A stretch of 64,000 nt of DNA, from contig CAVVGQ010000009.1 in assembly GCA_963747825.1 (NCBI GenBank), positions 438,881 to 502,880 on the forward strand. Reading direction: 5' to 3'. A model generated the notes under the pieces. It saw only the letters and a program-made list of their open reading frames with translations. It searched no databases and was not told the DNA's origin. The translations under genes were made by a program, and so were the position numbers. The DNA is from an uncultured Acidimicrobiales bacterium. GTDB lineage: Bacteria > Actinomycetota > Acidimicrobiia > Acidimicrobiales > RAAP-2. Each line of letters opens with the position of its first letter. Position 1 is the first letter of the stretch. Below are positions 49,708 to 59,541 of the stretch, piece by piece.

Positions 49708-51013
49708 TGCCGTCGGCGGCCGGTCCACGGCTCAGGTGGCTCGGGCGGCCGGGCTCGAAGCGCGGCCAGCGGGCTCTCGTCGCAGGCCCGGTCGGGACGT
49801 CGGGCGAGCAGGGCCACTCGACCGCCGGCCCCGATCGGGCCGACCGCGATCGGCCACCGAACCGCCCGACGCGGCGCACGGCGCGAGTGGTCGAGCGACG
49901 GCTTGGGCGGCTGGGCCGCGCCCCGGGCGGCCAGCGCGCTGCTCGCCGTGGCCGAGGACGCACTCGGGGTCCGGTCCGTCGAGGGGCAGGCCGGTGAAGA
50001 ACTTGGCCGCCATGCACCCGCCCCGGCAGGAGTCGTAGTGGCCGCACGATGCGCAGGCCCCGGCGCTCTGGGGCCGGCGCAGCTCGGTGAACAGGTCCGA
50101 GTGGCGCCACACCTCGGCGAAGCCGCCCGGGCTGCGGACGTTGCCGGCCAGGAACTCGTCGTGGATGGCGAACGGGCAGGCGTAGACGTCGCCCACCGGG
50201 TCGACCAGGCAGACCACGCGACCGGCCCCGCACAGGTTGAGGCCGGGCAGCGACTCGCCGTAGCCGGCCAGGTGGAAGAACGAGTCGCCGGTGAGGACGT
50301 CCTCGCCGTGGGCCAGCAGCCAGTCGTAGAGGATGGCGCTGCTGGTCGGCGGTCGGGATGGAGCTCGTCCCACACGTCGGCGCCCCGGCCGGAGGGTCGG
50401 AGCCGGGTCAGCCGGAGCTGGGCACCGTACCGGTCGGCCAGCTGCCTTGAAGTCGTCGAGCTGGTCGACGTTGTGGCGGGTGACCACCACCGACAGCTTG
50501 AAGCCGACGAAGCCGGCGTCGGCCAGCCGGTCCATGGCCGTGATGGCCGTGGCGTAGGAGCCGGCGCCCCGAACGGCGTCGTTGACGGCGGCGGTGGCCC
50601 CGTCGAGGGAGATCTGCACGTCCACGTAGTCGCTGGCCGCCAGCCGTCGGGCCACCTCGTCGGTGATGCGCGAGCCGTTGGTGGAGAACTTGACCCCGAC
50701 GTGGTGGTCGGTGGCGTACTCCACCAGCTCCCAGAAGTCGGACCGGACGGTGGGCTCGCCCCCCCGATGTTGACGTAGAAGATCTGCATGCGCTCGAACT
50801 CGTCGATGACCGCCTTGCACTCGTCGGTGCTCAGCTCGTCGGGATCGCGCCGGCCCGAGCTGGACAGGCAGTGCACGCAGGCCAGGTTGCAGGCGTAGGT
50901 CAGCTCCCAGGTCAGGCAGATCGGTGCGTCGAGCCCCTGCTCGAACCGGTCGACCAGCCGACCGACGCCGACGCCGGCTCCTGCGTCCGGCGGCGCTCGT
51001 CGACGAGGGTCAC
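49704..51013 (-). pseudogene. mftC: mycofactocin radical SAM maturase (SPASM domain), several frame breaks
   Basis: ICLTWELTYACNLACVHCLSSSG (CxxxCxxC), IFYVNIGGGEPTVR. SPASM Cys motifs (CGAGRVVCLVDPVGDVYACPF, CASCGHYDSCRGGC). The tail CDESPL. Fragments lie in three frames. Confidence 0.85.
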
Positions 51014-51317
51014 GACGCGTCCCGCTCGCAGATCATCCCGGACTCGGCCAGGGTGGCGAGGGCCCGCTCGTAGCGCGCCGAGCTCGTCCTCGGCCGACCC
51101 CGGCGGCCCGGCAGGCGTCGTGCCCGGTGGGCTGGTCGGCCAGCGACTCGACCACGGCCAGGAGCGTCCGGCTCTTCAGGAAGGAGAGCCGGCGGGTCCC
51201 GAAGTGGTAGGCCAGCGCCCCGAAGGACTCGGGCCGCAGGGACACCTGGGGGTGGAGCGTCCACGGCGCGCGAGCCGTCGAAGGCACGCCGAGGCCGTCG
51301 GGAGTGGTGGGAGGCAT
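51010..51317 (-). pseudogene. mftB: mycofactocin biosynthesis chaperone (PqqD/RRE family), at least one frame break
   Basis: WTLHPQVSLRPESFGALAYHFGTRRLSFLKS. The C-terminal YERALATLAESGMI is in another frame. Its stop overlaps the mftC GTG (GTGA). Confidence 0.75.
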
Positions 51318-51334
51318 CCGGGTGGGCGATCGGC

Positions 51335-51504
51335 TCAGTAGACGCCGCACATGCCGTCGATGGACACGTCCTCGACCAGCAGGTCCTCCTCGACCAGCAG
51401 GGAGCCCTCGTCGGCTCCGGCGCCGGTGATTCCTCCGTCGCCCCGTCGTCTCGTCGGTCCGTGGCGATCGACCCGGTGGTCCGAGCGGTTGAGGTGACGG
51501 TCAT
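51335..51504 (-). pseudogene. mftA: mycofactocin precursor peptide, one frame break near 51440
   Basis: The C-terminus EDLLVEDVSIDGMCGVY followed by a stop is the diagnostic MftA ending. The ATG at 51504 has an AGGAG RBS but lies in a different frame from the C-terminus. Confidence 0.85.
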
Positions 51505-51578
51505 GTGAGCTCCTGTCGTTCTGGCTCCGGCGGCTGGCCGGCCGCCGCCAGCGGTGCCCGCGAAGGGGTGGTGCGTTG

Positions 51579-51611
51579 TTCCAATTTATAGCACTCGATG
51601 TCAAAATGGAA
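51579..51611. promoter_or_regulatory. inverted repeat in the mftA/mftR divergent intergenic region (candidate TetR/MftR operator)
   Basis: TTCCAATTT-N15-AAAATGGAA (8 of 9 complementary), in the only AT-rich stretch of the 112-nt intergenic region. Confidence 0.35.
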
Positions 51612-51616
51612 GTCTG

Positions 51617-52288
51617 ATGGCCGCGTCGGAGGCAGTCGGACCGGACCAGCCGGCGGAAGTGGCCCGTGGGCGACGGCCCAGCACCACACGAGAGGACGTG
51701 GCCCGAGCCGCCCTCGATCTGTTCAACCGGCCGGGGTACGACGAGACCACCGTCGACCAGATCGCCGCCGCGGTGGGGGTCAGCCGCCGGACCTTCTTCC
51801 GCTACTTCGAGTCCAAGCGGGACGTGGTCTGGGGGGAGTTCGACGCCGAGCTGGTCCGGCTCCGCGACAAGCTCGACGGCGCCCAGCGCCGGACCAGCCG
51901 ATGATGGACGTCCTCCGCCGGGCGGTGGTGGCCACCAACCGGTTCGGTCGCTGCCGAGCTCGACGAGCTCCGGATCCGGATCGGGCTGATCAGCACCGTG
52001 CCCACTCTGGTGGCCCACTCAGCGGTCCGGTACGCCGAGTGGTGCGACGTGGTGGCCGGCTTCGTGGCCGAGAGGATCGGGGGCTCGTCCGAGGATCTCG
52101 GCCCCCAGACCGTGGCCCGTGCCGCCCTCGGCGCGGCCATGGCCGCCTTCACCTACTGGGCCGCCGACGGATCCGAAGACCTGTCCACCGAGGTGGACCG
52201 CGCCTTCCGGCTGCTCGCCACCGGCTTCGACCAGGACCGGATGGCCCGACGGAGTGGCCGGGCCGATCGGGCCGAGCGGGACGGCTGA
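51617..52288 (+). pseudogene. mftR: mycofactocin system TetR-family transcriptional regulator, two frame breaks (about 51895 and 51960)
   Basis: HTH TTVDQIAAAVGVSRRTFFRYFESKRDVVW. The middle (MMDVLRRAVVATN) and the C-terminal part (TLVAHSAVRYAEW...) lie in other frames. Confidence 0.75.
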
Positions 52289-52439
52289 GACCGCCGTGCA
52301 CGCCGCCGGCGCACGCCGCCGATACCGCCGGGGCCTCTGCCGGCCCTCCCAGGCTCGACGCCACCGCCCGATGGCGCGATGCTTGGGGCGTGAGCGAATC
52401 GACGGCCGCCTGCTGTCGTGACAAGGGGAGGACCTCCGT

Positions 52440-53591
52440 ATGAAGACGCGCGCTGCTATCTGTTCCGGTCTCAACGAGCCGTGGAAGGTGGAGGAGGTGG
52501 ACATCGATCCCCCCGGCCATCACGAGGTGGTGGTCCAGATGGCCTATGCCGGCATGTGCCACTCCGACGAGCACCTCCGGACCGGGGACATGAGCGCCCC
52601 GGCCGAGGTTCTCCAGGTGTTCGGCGTTGACTCGATGTTCCCGATGATCGGAGGGCACGAGGGCGCGGGCGTGGTGACCGAGGTCGGACCCGGAGTGGAG
52701 ACCCTCGCGGTAGGCGACCATGTGGCGGCGTCGTTCATCCCGGCCTGCGGTCGTTGCTTCTGGTGTGCCTCGGGTCGCCAGTACCTGTGTGACCTGGGTA
52801 TGACCATCCTGGCCGGTCCGATGATGAGCGACGGCCAGTGGCGCTACCACCTCGACGGTCAACATGTGAACCGGATGACCCAGCTCGGCACGTTCTCCGA
52901 CTCGGTGCTGGCCAACGAAGCCTCGCTGGTCAAGGTCGACCCCGGTGTGTCGCTGAAGGCAGCGGCCCTGATCAGCTGCGGCATCTCCACCGGGTTCGGC
53001 TCCGCCGTCGACCGGGCCAAGGTCAAGCCGGGCGAGACAGTGGTCGTCGTGGGCTGTGGGGGTGTCGGCTCCGGCGCCATCCAGGGGGCGAGGCTGGCCG
53101 GCGCCCGCCAGATCATCGCCGTCGATCCCCTACCGTTCAAGATCGACAAGGCCAAGCAGATCGGTGCCACCCACGGCGCCGCTTCCATCCTCGAGGCCAA
53201 TCTGATGCTGCCCGAGTTGACCGAGGGTCGGATGGCCGACGTGGTCATCCTCACCCCGGGCGTACTGACCGGTGACCTGTTGGCCCCGGCTCTGGCTCTG
53301 GCCTCCAAGGACGGTCGGGTGGTGGCGACGGCCATCGCCCCCTTCAACCAGGACCAGGTCAGCCTCAATCTGTTCAACTTCGCCATGTTCAACCAGGCCC
53401 TGCTGGGAACGGTGTTCGGCTCGTGCAGCCCACGGGTCCAGATCCCCAACCTGCTGCGCCTCTACGAGGCGGGTCTGCTGGAGATCGACGGGTTGATCAC
53501 CCAGGAGTACACGCTCGACGAGGTCCAGAACGGCTACGACGACCTGGCCGCCGGCACCAACGTGCGCGGCGTGGTGAAGTTCGACATCTGA
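52440..53591 (+). CDS. NDMA-dependent (mycofactocin-associated) Zn alcohol dehydrogenase
   Basis: Intact 383-aa ORF with GMCHSDEH, GHEGAGVV, GCGGVGSGAIQGA. It is adjacent to the mft cluster, as is typical for this subfamily. Confidence 0.85.
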   Translation: MKTRAAICSGLNEPWKVEEVDIDPPGHHEVVVQMAYAGMCHSDEHLRTGDMSAPAEVLQVFGVDSMFPMIGGHEGAGVVTEVGPGVETLAVGDHVAASFIPACGRCFWCASGRQYLCDLGMTILAGPMMSDGQWRYHLDGQHVNRMTQLGTFSDSVLANEASLVKVDPGVSLKAAALISCGISTGFGSAVDRAKVKPGETVVVVGCGGVGSGAIQGARLAGARQIIAVDPLPFKIDKAKQIGATHGAASILEANLMLPELTEGRMADVVILTPGVLTGDLLAPALALASKDGRVVATAIAPFNQDQVSLNLFNFAMFNQALLGTVFGSCSPRVQIPNLLRLYEAGLLEIDGLITQEYTLDEVQNGYDDLAAGTNVRGVVKFDI

Positions 53592-53675
53592 TCCGGATCT
53601 GCCACCACGGTCAGCTGCCTCCTTCCTGGTCGGGTGACCCCGGCGAGGCCATCGGCGAATGCATAGGGTGTCCCC

Positions 53676-54155
53676 ATGAATCTGGTGATCGGCTCTGACC
53701 ATGCCGGTTTCGTGCTGAAGGGTGCGGTCATCCAACACCTCCATGACGGGGGGCACGAAGTGGCGGATATCGGTACGTTCTCCACGGTGCCGGTGGACTA
53801 CCCGCCCATCTGCGCCGACGTCGCCCGCCGGGTGGTCCGGGGTGAGGGGGAGGTCGGTATCGTCATCGGGGGCAGCGGCCAGGGCGAGGCCATCGCCGCC
53901 AACAAGGTCCACGGATCGAGGGCGGCGCTGTGCCACGACGAGTACACCGCCCGCTTCGCCCGTCTCCACAATGACGCCAATGTGCTGTCGCTCGGGGCCC
54001 GGGTGGTGGCCACCGAGCTCGCACTCGACATCATCGACGTCTTTTTGGTTACCGCCTTCGAGGGCGGCCGACATGTGCCTCGGATCGAGGAGCTGGCCGC
54101 CATCGAGGCCCAAGAGTCGGGTCCCGGCGCCGCCGCTCCTCCCGCCTCCCGTTGA
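53676..54155 (+). CDS. rpiB: ribose-5-phosphate isomerase B
   Basis: IGSDHAGF, GGSGQGEAIAANK, NDANVLSLGARV. Confidence 0.9.
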   Translation: MNLVIGSDHAGFVLKGAVIQHLHDGGHEVADIGTFSTVPVDYPPICADVARRVVRGEGEVGIVIGGSGQGEAIAANKVHGSRAALCHDEYTARFARLHNDANVLSLGARVVATELALDIIDVFLVTAFEGGRHVPRIEELAAIEAQESGPGAAAPPASR

Positions 54156-55510
54156 CGAACCCTTCCGAGACGGGTCCAGGAGCCACCCGGGAGGTTGTCC
54201 GCTACACGGCTGATGCCGTGGTTCCCTGTGACCAGCCGGGTCGGGTGCTGCGCCCCGGGTTCGTCGAGGTGGCCGGCGACACGGTCACCGGCGTGGGAGT
54301 CACCGCCCCGGATGAATCAGGCGATGGGGTGCGCGTGGTCCCGATCGACGGGGTGCTCCTGCCCGGACTGGTCAACGTCCACTGTCACTCTCCGATGACG
54401 CTGTTCCGGGGCACCGGAGAGAACTTGTCCCTGCACCGCTGGCTCAACGAGGTGCTGTGGCCGCGGGAGGCCCTGCTGACCGGGGACGACGTCTACTGGG
54501 GGATGACCTTGGCCGCGGCCGAACTCCTGTGCTTCGGGGTGACCACCACGTGCGAGGCCTACTTCTTCGAGGACGCCTTGGCCGACGCGGTGGTGGCGGC
54601 CGGGTCGCGTGCGGTGGTGACTCCGGGCGTGCTCCAGCTGCCGGGCCACCCGTCGGACGCCGGCTGGTGGGAGAGGCGCACCGACGAGATCGTCGACTTC
54701 CACCGCCGACGCCATGGCGAAGACGGCCGAATCGAAGTCGGCTTCGCCCCGCATGCGGCCTACACGGTGCCCGTCCCGGTGTTGGCCGACATCGCCGCCC
54801 GGGCCCGGGAGCTCGACGCCCTGTTCCACATCCACCTGGCCGAGACCGAGGAGGAGTGCCGCCGGTTCGCTGCCGAATACGGCGCCTCCACCCCGGCGGT
54901 GCTGGCCGAGGCGGGAGTGTTCGGTGGTCGGGTGCTCGCCGCCCACAGCATCTGGTTGTCCTCCGAGGACGTGGCGATCTACCGTGCCCACGACATCGCG
55001 GTCGCCCACTGTCCCCAGAGCAACGCCAAGCTGGCTTCGGGCGTGGCCCCCCTCGTGCAGTTCCTCGATGAGGGGATCAGGGTCGGACTGGGTACGGACG
55101 GACCGGCGTCCAACAACGACCTGGACCTGTGGGAGGAGATACGCCTGGCCGCGATGCTGGCCCGCGTCCGGGAGCGCGACGCCTCCGTCCTTCCGGCCGC
55201 CACTGCGCTCGACCTGGCCACCCGGGCCGCCGGCCTGGCCATCGGCCGGCCTGACCTCGGTGTGCTGGCGGTCGGGGCCAAGGCGGACATGGTGGCGGTA
55301 CGGCTGGACGACCCGGCCTTCGTCCCCCTGCTCGAGGACATCCAGCTCGTCGAGCACCTGGTGTGGTCGGCTTCGAGCCGGCTGGTAACCGACGTCTGGG
55401 TGGCCGGAACCCAGGTGGTCGAGGCCGGACGGTGCCTGACCGTCGATGCCGCCGAGGCTGCCCTCGAGGTGCAGGTCCGGGCCCGCCGGCTGCAGCGGGC
55501 CGGGGGCTGA
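54152..55510 (+). CDS. amidohydrolase (MTA/SAH deaminase-like)
   Basis: Metal-binding VNVHCHSPMT, HIHLAET, GLGTDGPASNNDLD. TTGA overlap with rpiB. Confidence 0.8.
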   Translation: MTNPSETGPGATREVVRYTADAVVPCDQPGRVLRPGFVEVAGDTVTGVGVTAPDESGDGVRVVPIDGVLLPGLVNVHCHSPMTLFRGTGENLSLHRWLNEVLWPREALLTGDDVYWGMTLAAAELLCFGVTTTCEAYFFEDALADAVVAAGSRAVVTPGVLQLPGHPSDAGWWERRTDEIVDFHRRRHGEDGRIEVGFAPHAAYTVPVPVLADIAARARELDALFHIHLAETEEECRRFAAEYGASTPAVLAEAGVFGGRVLAAHSIWLSSEDVAIYRAHDIAVAHCPQSNAKLASGVAPLVQFLDEGIRVGLGTDGPASNNDLDLWEEIRLAAMLARVRERDASVLPAATALDLATRAAGLAIGRPDLGVLAVGAKADMVAVRLDDPAFVPLLEDIQLVEHLVWSASSRLVTDVWVAGTQVVEAGRCLTVDAAEAALEVQVRARRLQRAGG

Positions 55511-55511
55511 T

Positions 55512-56012
55512 TCAGCCGCCCTCCGGGCGGTCGGCCCGGTCGTCGGCGTAACCGGTCAGTCCGGTGATGAACCTGGTCATCAGCTTGGTCAGCACCACCT
55601 CGAGGAGGCGGCCGGTGCCGGGGACCAGCTCGTCGAACGTGCCCGACCATGTGACCAGCGTGTCGGTTCCATCCGGACCGTCCGGGGCGAGCACCACGTC
55701 CGCCCGGTAATGACGGACCGGAAATCCCGACAGGATGACGTAGCCGAGATGGTGGGGAGGATCCCACACCACCACCTCCTCACGTGAACCGATCCCGTGG
55801 CTGGTGAAGCGCCGTACCGCCCCCACCCCGTCGGGCAGCGGATCGCCCACTGCCACCAGATCGGTGCGGTCGAGGAACGACCAGTCCTTCCAGCGGTGAG
55901 CCTCGCCGATCAGCGGCCAGACGGTACCGACCGGCGCCACCGATCTCCTTTGCACCTCGTAGGACCTCTGTCCCCGCGGCGCCTCGGGAGAAACCGAGCC
56001 GGGCCCGGTCAT
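55512..56012 (-). CDS. SRPBCC family protein
   Basis: 166 aa with the length and pattern of START/Bet-v1-like polyketide-cyclase family proteins (VWPLIGEAHRWKDW). Overlaps the upstream SRPBCC gene. Confidence 0.65.
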   Translation of the reverse strand: MTGPGSVSPEAPRGQRSYEVQRRSVAPVGTVWPLIGEAHRWKDWSFLDRTDLVAVGDPLPDGVGAVRRFTSHGIGSREEVVVWDPPHHLGYVILSGFPVRHYRADVVLAPDGPDGTDTLVTWSGTFDELVPGTGRLLEVVLTKLMTRFITGLTGYADDRADRPEGG

Positions 56013-56392
56013 CCCTCGATGTGCTTCTTCAATTCATCGAGCGACTGCTGGTACAGCGTGGTCATGAGCCCGGCCATGTCGTCGGGTGACGCATCCACGA
56101 CCCAGGTGACGCTGGAGGTATCGCCGGTGGGCGTCACTGTGATCACCGCCTCGTGACTCTCGACCGGCGCGCCCTCGACGATGGCGTAGGTCAGCGTGCG
56201 GGCCGAATCGTCTCTGTCCACCAGGTGCTCGGTGATGGTCATTCCCATGGTCTCGATGATGCGGTCTTCGCCTTCGACCCGGCATGAGTCGATGCCCGGC
56301 ATCCAGCCGGCGATCCCTCCGAAGTCACCGACCAATGCCCAGACATCGTCCGCCGAGCCGGCGATCTCGACCTGTGCTGTTCCCGTTGCCAT
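56009..56392 (-). CDS. SRPBCC family protein
   Basis: Start at MATGTAQVEIAGSADDVWALVGDFGG (ATG 56392, with GGAGAA just upstream). The ORF-track extension upstream is repeat-derived. Confidence 0.7.
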   Translation of the reverse strand: MATGTAQVEIAGSADDVWALVGDFGGIAGWMPGIDSCRVEGEDRIIETMGMTITEHLVDRDDSARTLTYAIVEGAPVESHEAVITVTPTGDTSSVTWVVDASPDDMAGLMTTLYQQSLDELKKHIEG

Positions 56393-56408
56393 TGTTCTCC
56401 TTGTGTCC

Positions 56409-56450
56409 GTCTTGTGTGTCTGTCTTGTGTGTCTGTCTTGTGTGTCTGTC
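56409..56450. repeat. 13-bp tandem repeat gtcttgtgtgtct x3.3
   Basis: Three perfect units (56409-56421, 56422-56434, 56435-56447) plus a partial gtcg. They lie 17 nt upstream of the SRPBCC start, in the divergent region shared with the acyl-CoA synthetase gene. Confidence 0.95.
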
Positions 56451-56655
56451 GTCCCCGTGGCCGGTCGCACCCGGCTGATCCGGTGGGGTGTCCGGTGTCG
56501 TCGCCCGATGGTAGGCGTCCGGAGGCCCTTGGCACGAACGACGGCTGACCCGTAACGTCGTCGCCAGTGGACGCCATGACCGAAGTGACCGCATCTGCCG
56601 CCCTGACCTCCCTCATCGGCTGGGCCCTCCGCCTCGGGCACCTGGAGAAGGTCGC

Positions 56656-58349
56656 TTGACCGAGGCGGACGATATCCGGTCGACCAGCGTGGCCGACCTC
56701 CTGTTGGCACGGGCGGAGGACGATCACCCGGGCCTCCGATTCGGTGACGATCAGTGGAGCTGGCGCCAGGTGGTTGCAGCCAGCTCCGAACGGGGCTCCC
56801 TGCTCCGGGCCTGGACGGGCTCCGAACCGCTCCACATCGGCATCCTGTTGGGCAACGTGCCCGAGTACCTGTTGTGGCTGGGTGCAGCCGCTCTGGCCGG
56901 GACGGTCGTGGTCGGCATCAACCCGACTCGCCGGGGCCAGGCCCTGGCCGGAGACATCCTCCGCACCGACTGTGACGTGCTGATCACCGACTCGGAGGGA
57001 TGCCGGCTGCTGGACGGACTTTCGTACGGCGTGGCGCCGGACCGACTGATCGTGGTGGACAGGGCCGAGTACCAGCCGATGCTCGACCCCCACCGGGGCG
57101 CCGATCCGGTGGGGGTGATGGTGGGAGCTCGTCCCTCTCCCGACTCCCTCTACCTCCTGTTGTTCACCTCGGGTACCACCGGGACGCCCAAGGCGGTCCG
57201 CTGCACCCAGGGTCGTCTGGCCTCGATCGCCCTCCGGTCGGCGCCGGCTTACGGGTACGAGCGGGACGATGTGGCCTACTGCACAATGCCCCTGTTCCAC
57301 GGGAATGCCCTGATGGTCCTGTGGGGTCCCGCCCTGGTGGTGGGGGCCACGGTAGCCCTGGCCGGACGCTTCAGCGCCTCTGGATTTCTGGCTGATGTGA
57401 AGCGCTATCGGGCCACCACGTTCACCTATGTGGGCAAGGCGCTGGCCTACGTACTGGCCACCCCCGAGGGCGAGGACGACGCATCCACCACGCTGCGCCG
57501 GGGGTTCGGGACCGAGGCGTCGATCGCCGACCATGCCGCCTTCGAACGCCGGTTCGGGTGCGTCCTGACCGAGGGATATGGCTCGAGCGAAGGGGGCGTG
57601 GCCATCAGCAGGTCGCCTGACACGCCGGTCGGGTCCCTCGGACGCCCCCCCGACGCCGTGGCCATCATCGATCCCGAGACCCTAGAGGAGTGCCCGCCCG
57701 CCGTCTTCGATGACCGCGGTCGCCTGCTCAACGGGGCTCTGGCTATCGGAGAGATCGTCAACCGATCGGGAACCGGCCGGTTCGAGGGGTACTACCGCGA
57801 CGAGGACGCCACTGCGGCCCGTGTCCGCAACGGTTGGTACTGGACCGGGGACCTGGCCTACCGCGACCCCGGCGGGTTCTTCTACTTCGCTGGGCGTCGC
57901 GGCGACTGGATGCGGGTGGACTCCGAGAATCTGACGGCGGGGCCCATCGAACGGGTGCTGGTTCGCCATCCTGACATCGCCGCCGTCGCCGTGTACTCGG
58001 TGCCGGACGCCCGTTCCGGGGACCAGGTGATGGCGGCCCTCGAGGTTCTCCCCGACCATGACTTCGATCCGCGAGTACTTTCGGGGCCTTTCTCGCCTCC
58101 CAGCCTGATCTGGGGACCAAGTGGTCCCCGTCGTACCTTCGCATCAGCTCCGCCCTTCCTCAGACAGCCAGCGGCAAGCTGACCAAGGACCGACTTCGCT
58201 CGCAGGGCTGGTGGGATGCGGATGAGCCCGTCTTTCGGCGGGATTCCGCCAGCCAGGACGGGGAGTACGTGCCGATGACCGATGACGATTGTCGGGGACT
58301 GCGGGCCGAGTTCCGGCGGCACGGACGCGAGAGCCTGGTCGGTGGGTAG
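56656..58349 (+). pseudogene. AMP-dependent acyl-CoA synthetase/ligase, one frame break near 58070-58078
   Basis: LLFTSGTTGTPKAV, GYGSSEGG, WYWTGDLAYRD. The C-terminal FGAFLASQPDLGTKWSPSYLRISSALPQTASGKLTK is in a second frame, ending at TAG 58347-58349. Confidence 0.85.
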
Positions 58350-59462
58350 TGGCCCAGGTCGGGTCGACGAGACCGTGGGCCTGGGCCGCCGGCTGACCGG
58401 TCGAGTGGCCCACACCCTCGAACGGGTTGACCGGGCCCAGCAACGCCACCGCCTCACTGCGCTGCCGTGCGCCGTGATCCGCAAGTACTCCGACGACCAG
58501 GCCGGTCGGTTGACCGCCCAGATCTCCCACGCCGCTTTCTTGGCGGTCTTTCCAATGTTGCTGGTGTTGCTGACCCTGGTCGGCATCGTCCTCGACGGCC
58601 ACCGGTCACTCCAGGACGACGTGATCGACTCCGCCCTCCGCCAGTTCCCGGTGATCGGAGCAGACCTGAAGAACAACATCCACGAACTCTCCGCCCACAA
58701 CAGTGTGGCCCTGTTGGTAGGACTGGTCTGGTTGAGCTACGGGTGCTTGAGACTGAGCCGCAGCGCCCAGGTGATGATGGCCGTGGTGTGGGAGGTGGAC
58801 CGGGACGAGCTCCCCACTTTCGGGCACTGGATCCCGCGGGCGATCGGGTTCCTGGCGGTGGTGGGAGTGGGGTTCGTGGCCGGCGGCGCCCTGGCCGGCC
58901 TGGCGGCATTCGGGCGCCTGGGGAGTGCCTCGGCCTGGGTCGGCCTTGCCGCCTCGCTGGTGGTCAACGTTCTGATGTACTGGGGCGGCTTCGCCGTGCT
59001 CATCAGATCCCCAGGGGGAATCGCACCGTGTGGCCGGGGGCTTTCATCGCCGGAGCGGGCTGGACGTTGCTGCAGTTCGCCGGGGCCCAGCTGGTCAATC
59101 ACCAGCTGCGCCATCTGTCCAACCTGTACGGAACGTTCGCCACCGTCCTCGGACTGATCTGGTGGCTGGCTCTGGCGGCCATGCTCACGGTCTTCGCCGC
59201 CGAGTTCAACGTGGTGTCGAACCGCCACCTGTGGCCCCGGTCGATCCGCCGGTCACGGGCCGGGCGCGAAGCCGGGGCTGCTGCGAGTTCGGCGACCGGC
59301 GTCGATCCGAGCGCCGCCCGTGCGGTACCCCCTAGCCAGCCCCCCTGCCATCGATGCCCGCCTCGGCGTCGACATCCGACTGGCACCGACGAGCCGGTCG
59401 GATCCCTCGGCCAATTGGTTTTCCAAACAACGGGCTCTCGGTATCTCACCGGCCAGAGGTAG
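58342..59462 (+). pseudogene. YihY/virulence factor BrkB family membrane protein, one frame break near 59000-59010
   Basis: KYSDDQAGRLTAQISHAAFLAVFPMLLVLL. After the break, WPGAFIAGAGWTLLQFAG...YGTFATVLGLIWW is in the frame of ORF 58467..59462. Confidence 0.7.
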
Positions 59463-59489
59463 GCGAAAGTCGAAAGTGAATGGCCGAGG
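59445..59489 (+). repeat. 45-nt intergenic element, copy B (partner at 107-151)
   Basis: CTCACC-N20-CGAAAGTGAA-t-GGCCGAGG. It spans the YihY stop codon (TAG 59460-59462) and sits between convergent genes. CCTCGGCC lies upstream at 59405-59412. Confidence 0.7.
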
Positions 59490-59541
59490 AGCGGGCCTGA
59501 CCACTTGCTGTCCGGCCCCGGCCCCGGCCCAGGACCGTCCG

